A DNA stretch of 64,000 nt from Acidobacteriota bacterium. GTDB taxonomy: Bacteria; Acidobacteriota; Terriglobia; Bryobacterales; Bryobacteraceae. Below are positions 63,232 through 64,000 of the stretch, in pieces (positions within the stretch are counted from its first letter, which is position 1; every line of letters begins with the position of its first letter). The notes under the pieces are model-generated. The model was not told the origin of the DNA. It saw nothing but the letters and a program-made list of their open reading frames with translations, and did no database searches. The stretch spans positions 74,914 to 138,913 of the forward strand of contig JACTMJ010000002.1 of NCBI GenBank assembly GCA_014584705.1. The letters are read 5' to 3'. A program made the translations under genes and the position numbers.

Positions 63232-64000
63232 TTATTGCTCCGGCAGGTGGAGAACCGCTTCCGCCACCGCGGGGCCTTGGTCGCTTGCGCTTTCCGCCAG
63301 CGGAGCCGTGCCCCCCACTTTCGCGAGAATCGCCCAGGAATGCTGGTAGCCCAGGGTCGCGATGGCGCTGCTGCCGAGTTTGTTTTGGATCCAGTTCTTG
63401 AGCGAGGGCTGCATGTGCAGCGTGGCTTCATCGGCCACCGCCATGCCGACAATGACGCCCGCGCGCAGCGTATTGAGCCGGACTTCCATTCGGGTGCTCT
63501 CCTCTTTGCTTTCCCACAAGTCGTAGCGCTCGATGGGAAGAAAGATGCCGGTGCGCGGGTCGATCACCTGCAAGTACAGGCCCCGCGCGGCCTTGGGACC
63601 CGTAGGCGGCAACAGTTCGCCGTTCCAGTGAATCGCGGCGGAAGCTCCTGCGGGGAATCCTCTTGATTCGAGCTTCACCGCCATCGCCCCCACCTGCGGC
63701 ATTACGCGCAGTTCTAGAGCCAGCGTGGCGAGGTCCCCCGGCGTGGGCAGAGCGTAGAGATAGATGGGGCGTGCCTCCGTGCTTTCCGTGGAGGAGTCGG
63801 CCTTGAGCTGCAAGGTCGCCGGCTTGCCGGCATCCACCTTCCCGATGATCGCGCTCACGCCCTTGGGGAGCCCCTCCACACTGAACTCGATGCGGCCGCA
63901 GAAGCCGTTCAGCCCGCGCGTATCGATGCGCAAGGGCGCGCTCAGGCCGCCCGGCTGTAGGAGAATGCGCGGTCGTTCGGCCACCAGGGAAACGGTGGGG
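63232..64000 (-). CDS. protein with C-terminal ILEI/FAM3-like domain (5' end outside window)
   Basis: Frame is open to the window edge. RGLYLQVIDPRTGIFLPIERYDLWES...GVIVGMAVADEATLHMQPSLKNWIQNKLGSSAIATLGYQHSWAILAKVG follows the ILEI-domain pattern. Confidence 0.6.
   Translation of the reverse strand, partial: PTVSLVAERPRILLQPGGLSAPLRIDTRGLNGFCGRIEFSVEGLPKGVSAIIGKVDAGKPATLQLKADSSTESTEARPIYLYALPTPGDLATLALELRVMPQVGAMAVKLESRGFPAGASAAIHWNGELLPPTGPKAARGLYLQVIDPRTGIFLPIERYDLWESKEESTRMEVRLNTLRAGVIVGMAVADEATLHMQPSLKNWIQNKLGSSAIATLGYQHSWAILAKVGGTAPLAESASDQGPAVAEAVLHLPEQ

Overview
This is a high-GC (about 60-65% by eye, not computed) bacterial chromosomal segment. The gene content resembles a soil Acidobacteriota-like organism, but that is inference only.

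Layout:
- 0-5 kb: secreted GH29 fucosidase plus sugar-acid enzymes.
- 5.1-25.8 kb: a two-armed flagellar locus. The minus arm is fliK-flgD-flgE-fliN-fliOPQR-flhB-flhA-flhF-fliA-(FliY-like)-(DUF2802-like). The divergent plus arm is flgF-flgG-flgA-flgH-flgI-flgJ(rod-binding only)-flgM.
- 25.8-35.9 kb: rimP-nusA-infB-DUF503-rbfA, tightly joined to apbE-hemE-hemY.
- 36-42 kb: Tat-exported TIM-barrel isomerase, a second GH29 fucosidase, L-rhamnose-isomerase-type enzyme, purine permease and lipoprotein nucleosidase.
- 42-51 kb: murB, DUF2461, comEC, htrA, ilvD.
- 51-64 kb: a more accessory-looking stretch with a PEP-CTERM protein, a Zn-ribbon/RG-tail protein, an aldo/keto reductase, an HDOD protein, fumC, a Roadblock plus small-GTPase pair, gmd, argD and an ILEI-domain protein.

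I saw no rRNA, tRNA, CRISPR, transposase or phage genes.

Most notable:
1. Three near-perfect sigma-28 (FliA) promoters of the form TAAA-N15-GCCGATA. One precedes flgM, as expected. The other two precede a stand-alone HDOD gene and gmd, which sits just upstream of the GTPase/Roadblock pair. This suggests an extended late-flagellar regulon.
2. The flagellar locus is atypical: no fliL, fliM or flhG at their usual positions, a FliY-like SpoA protein plus a DUF2802-like protein after fliA, and an 884-aa FliK-like protein with near-identical 27-nt coding repeats.
3. Several families of short tandem or palindromic repeats sit in flagellar intergenic regions.
4. A 775-bp stretch (54966-55740) has no assignable gene but carries a strict 15-nt periodic repeat.

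I cannot demonstrate a self-contained, clearly novel multi-gene system from sequence alone. The sigma-28-linked HDOD and gmd/GTPase-Roadblock genes and the unusual switch-gene set are the best candidates. All coordinates and motif scans were done by hand.
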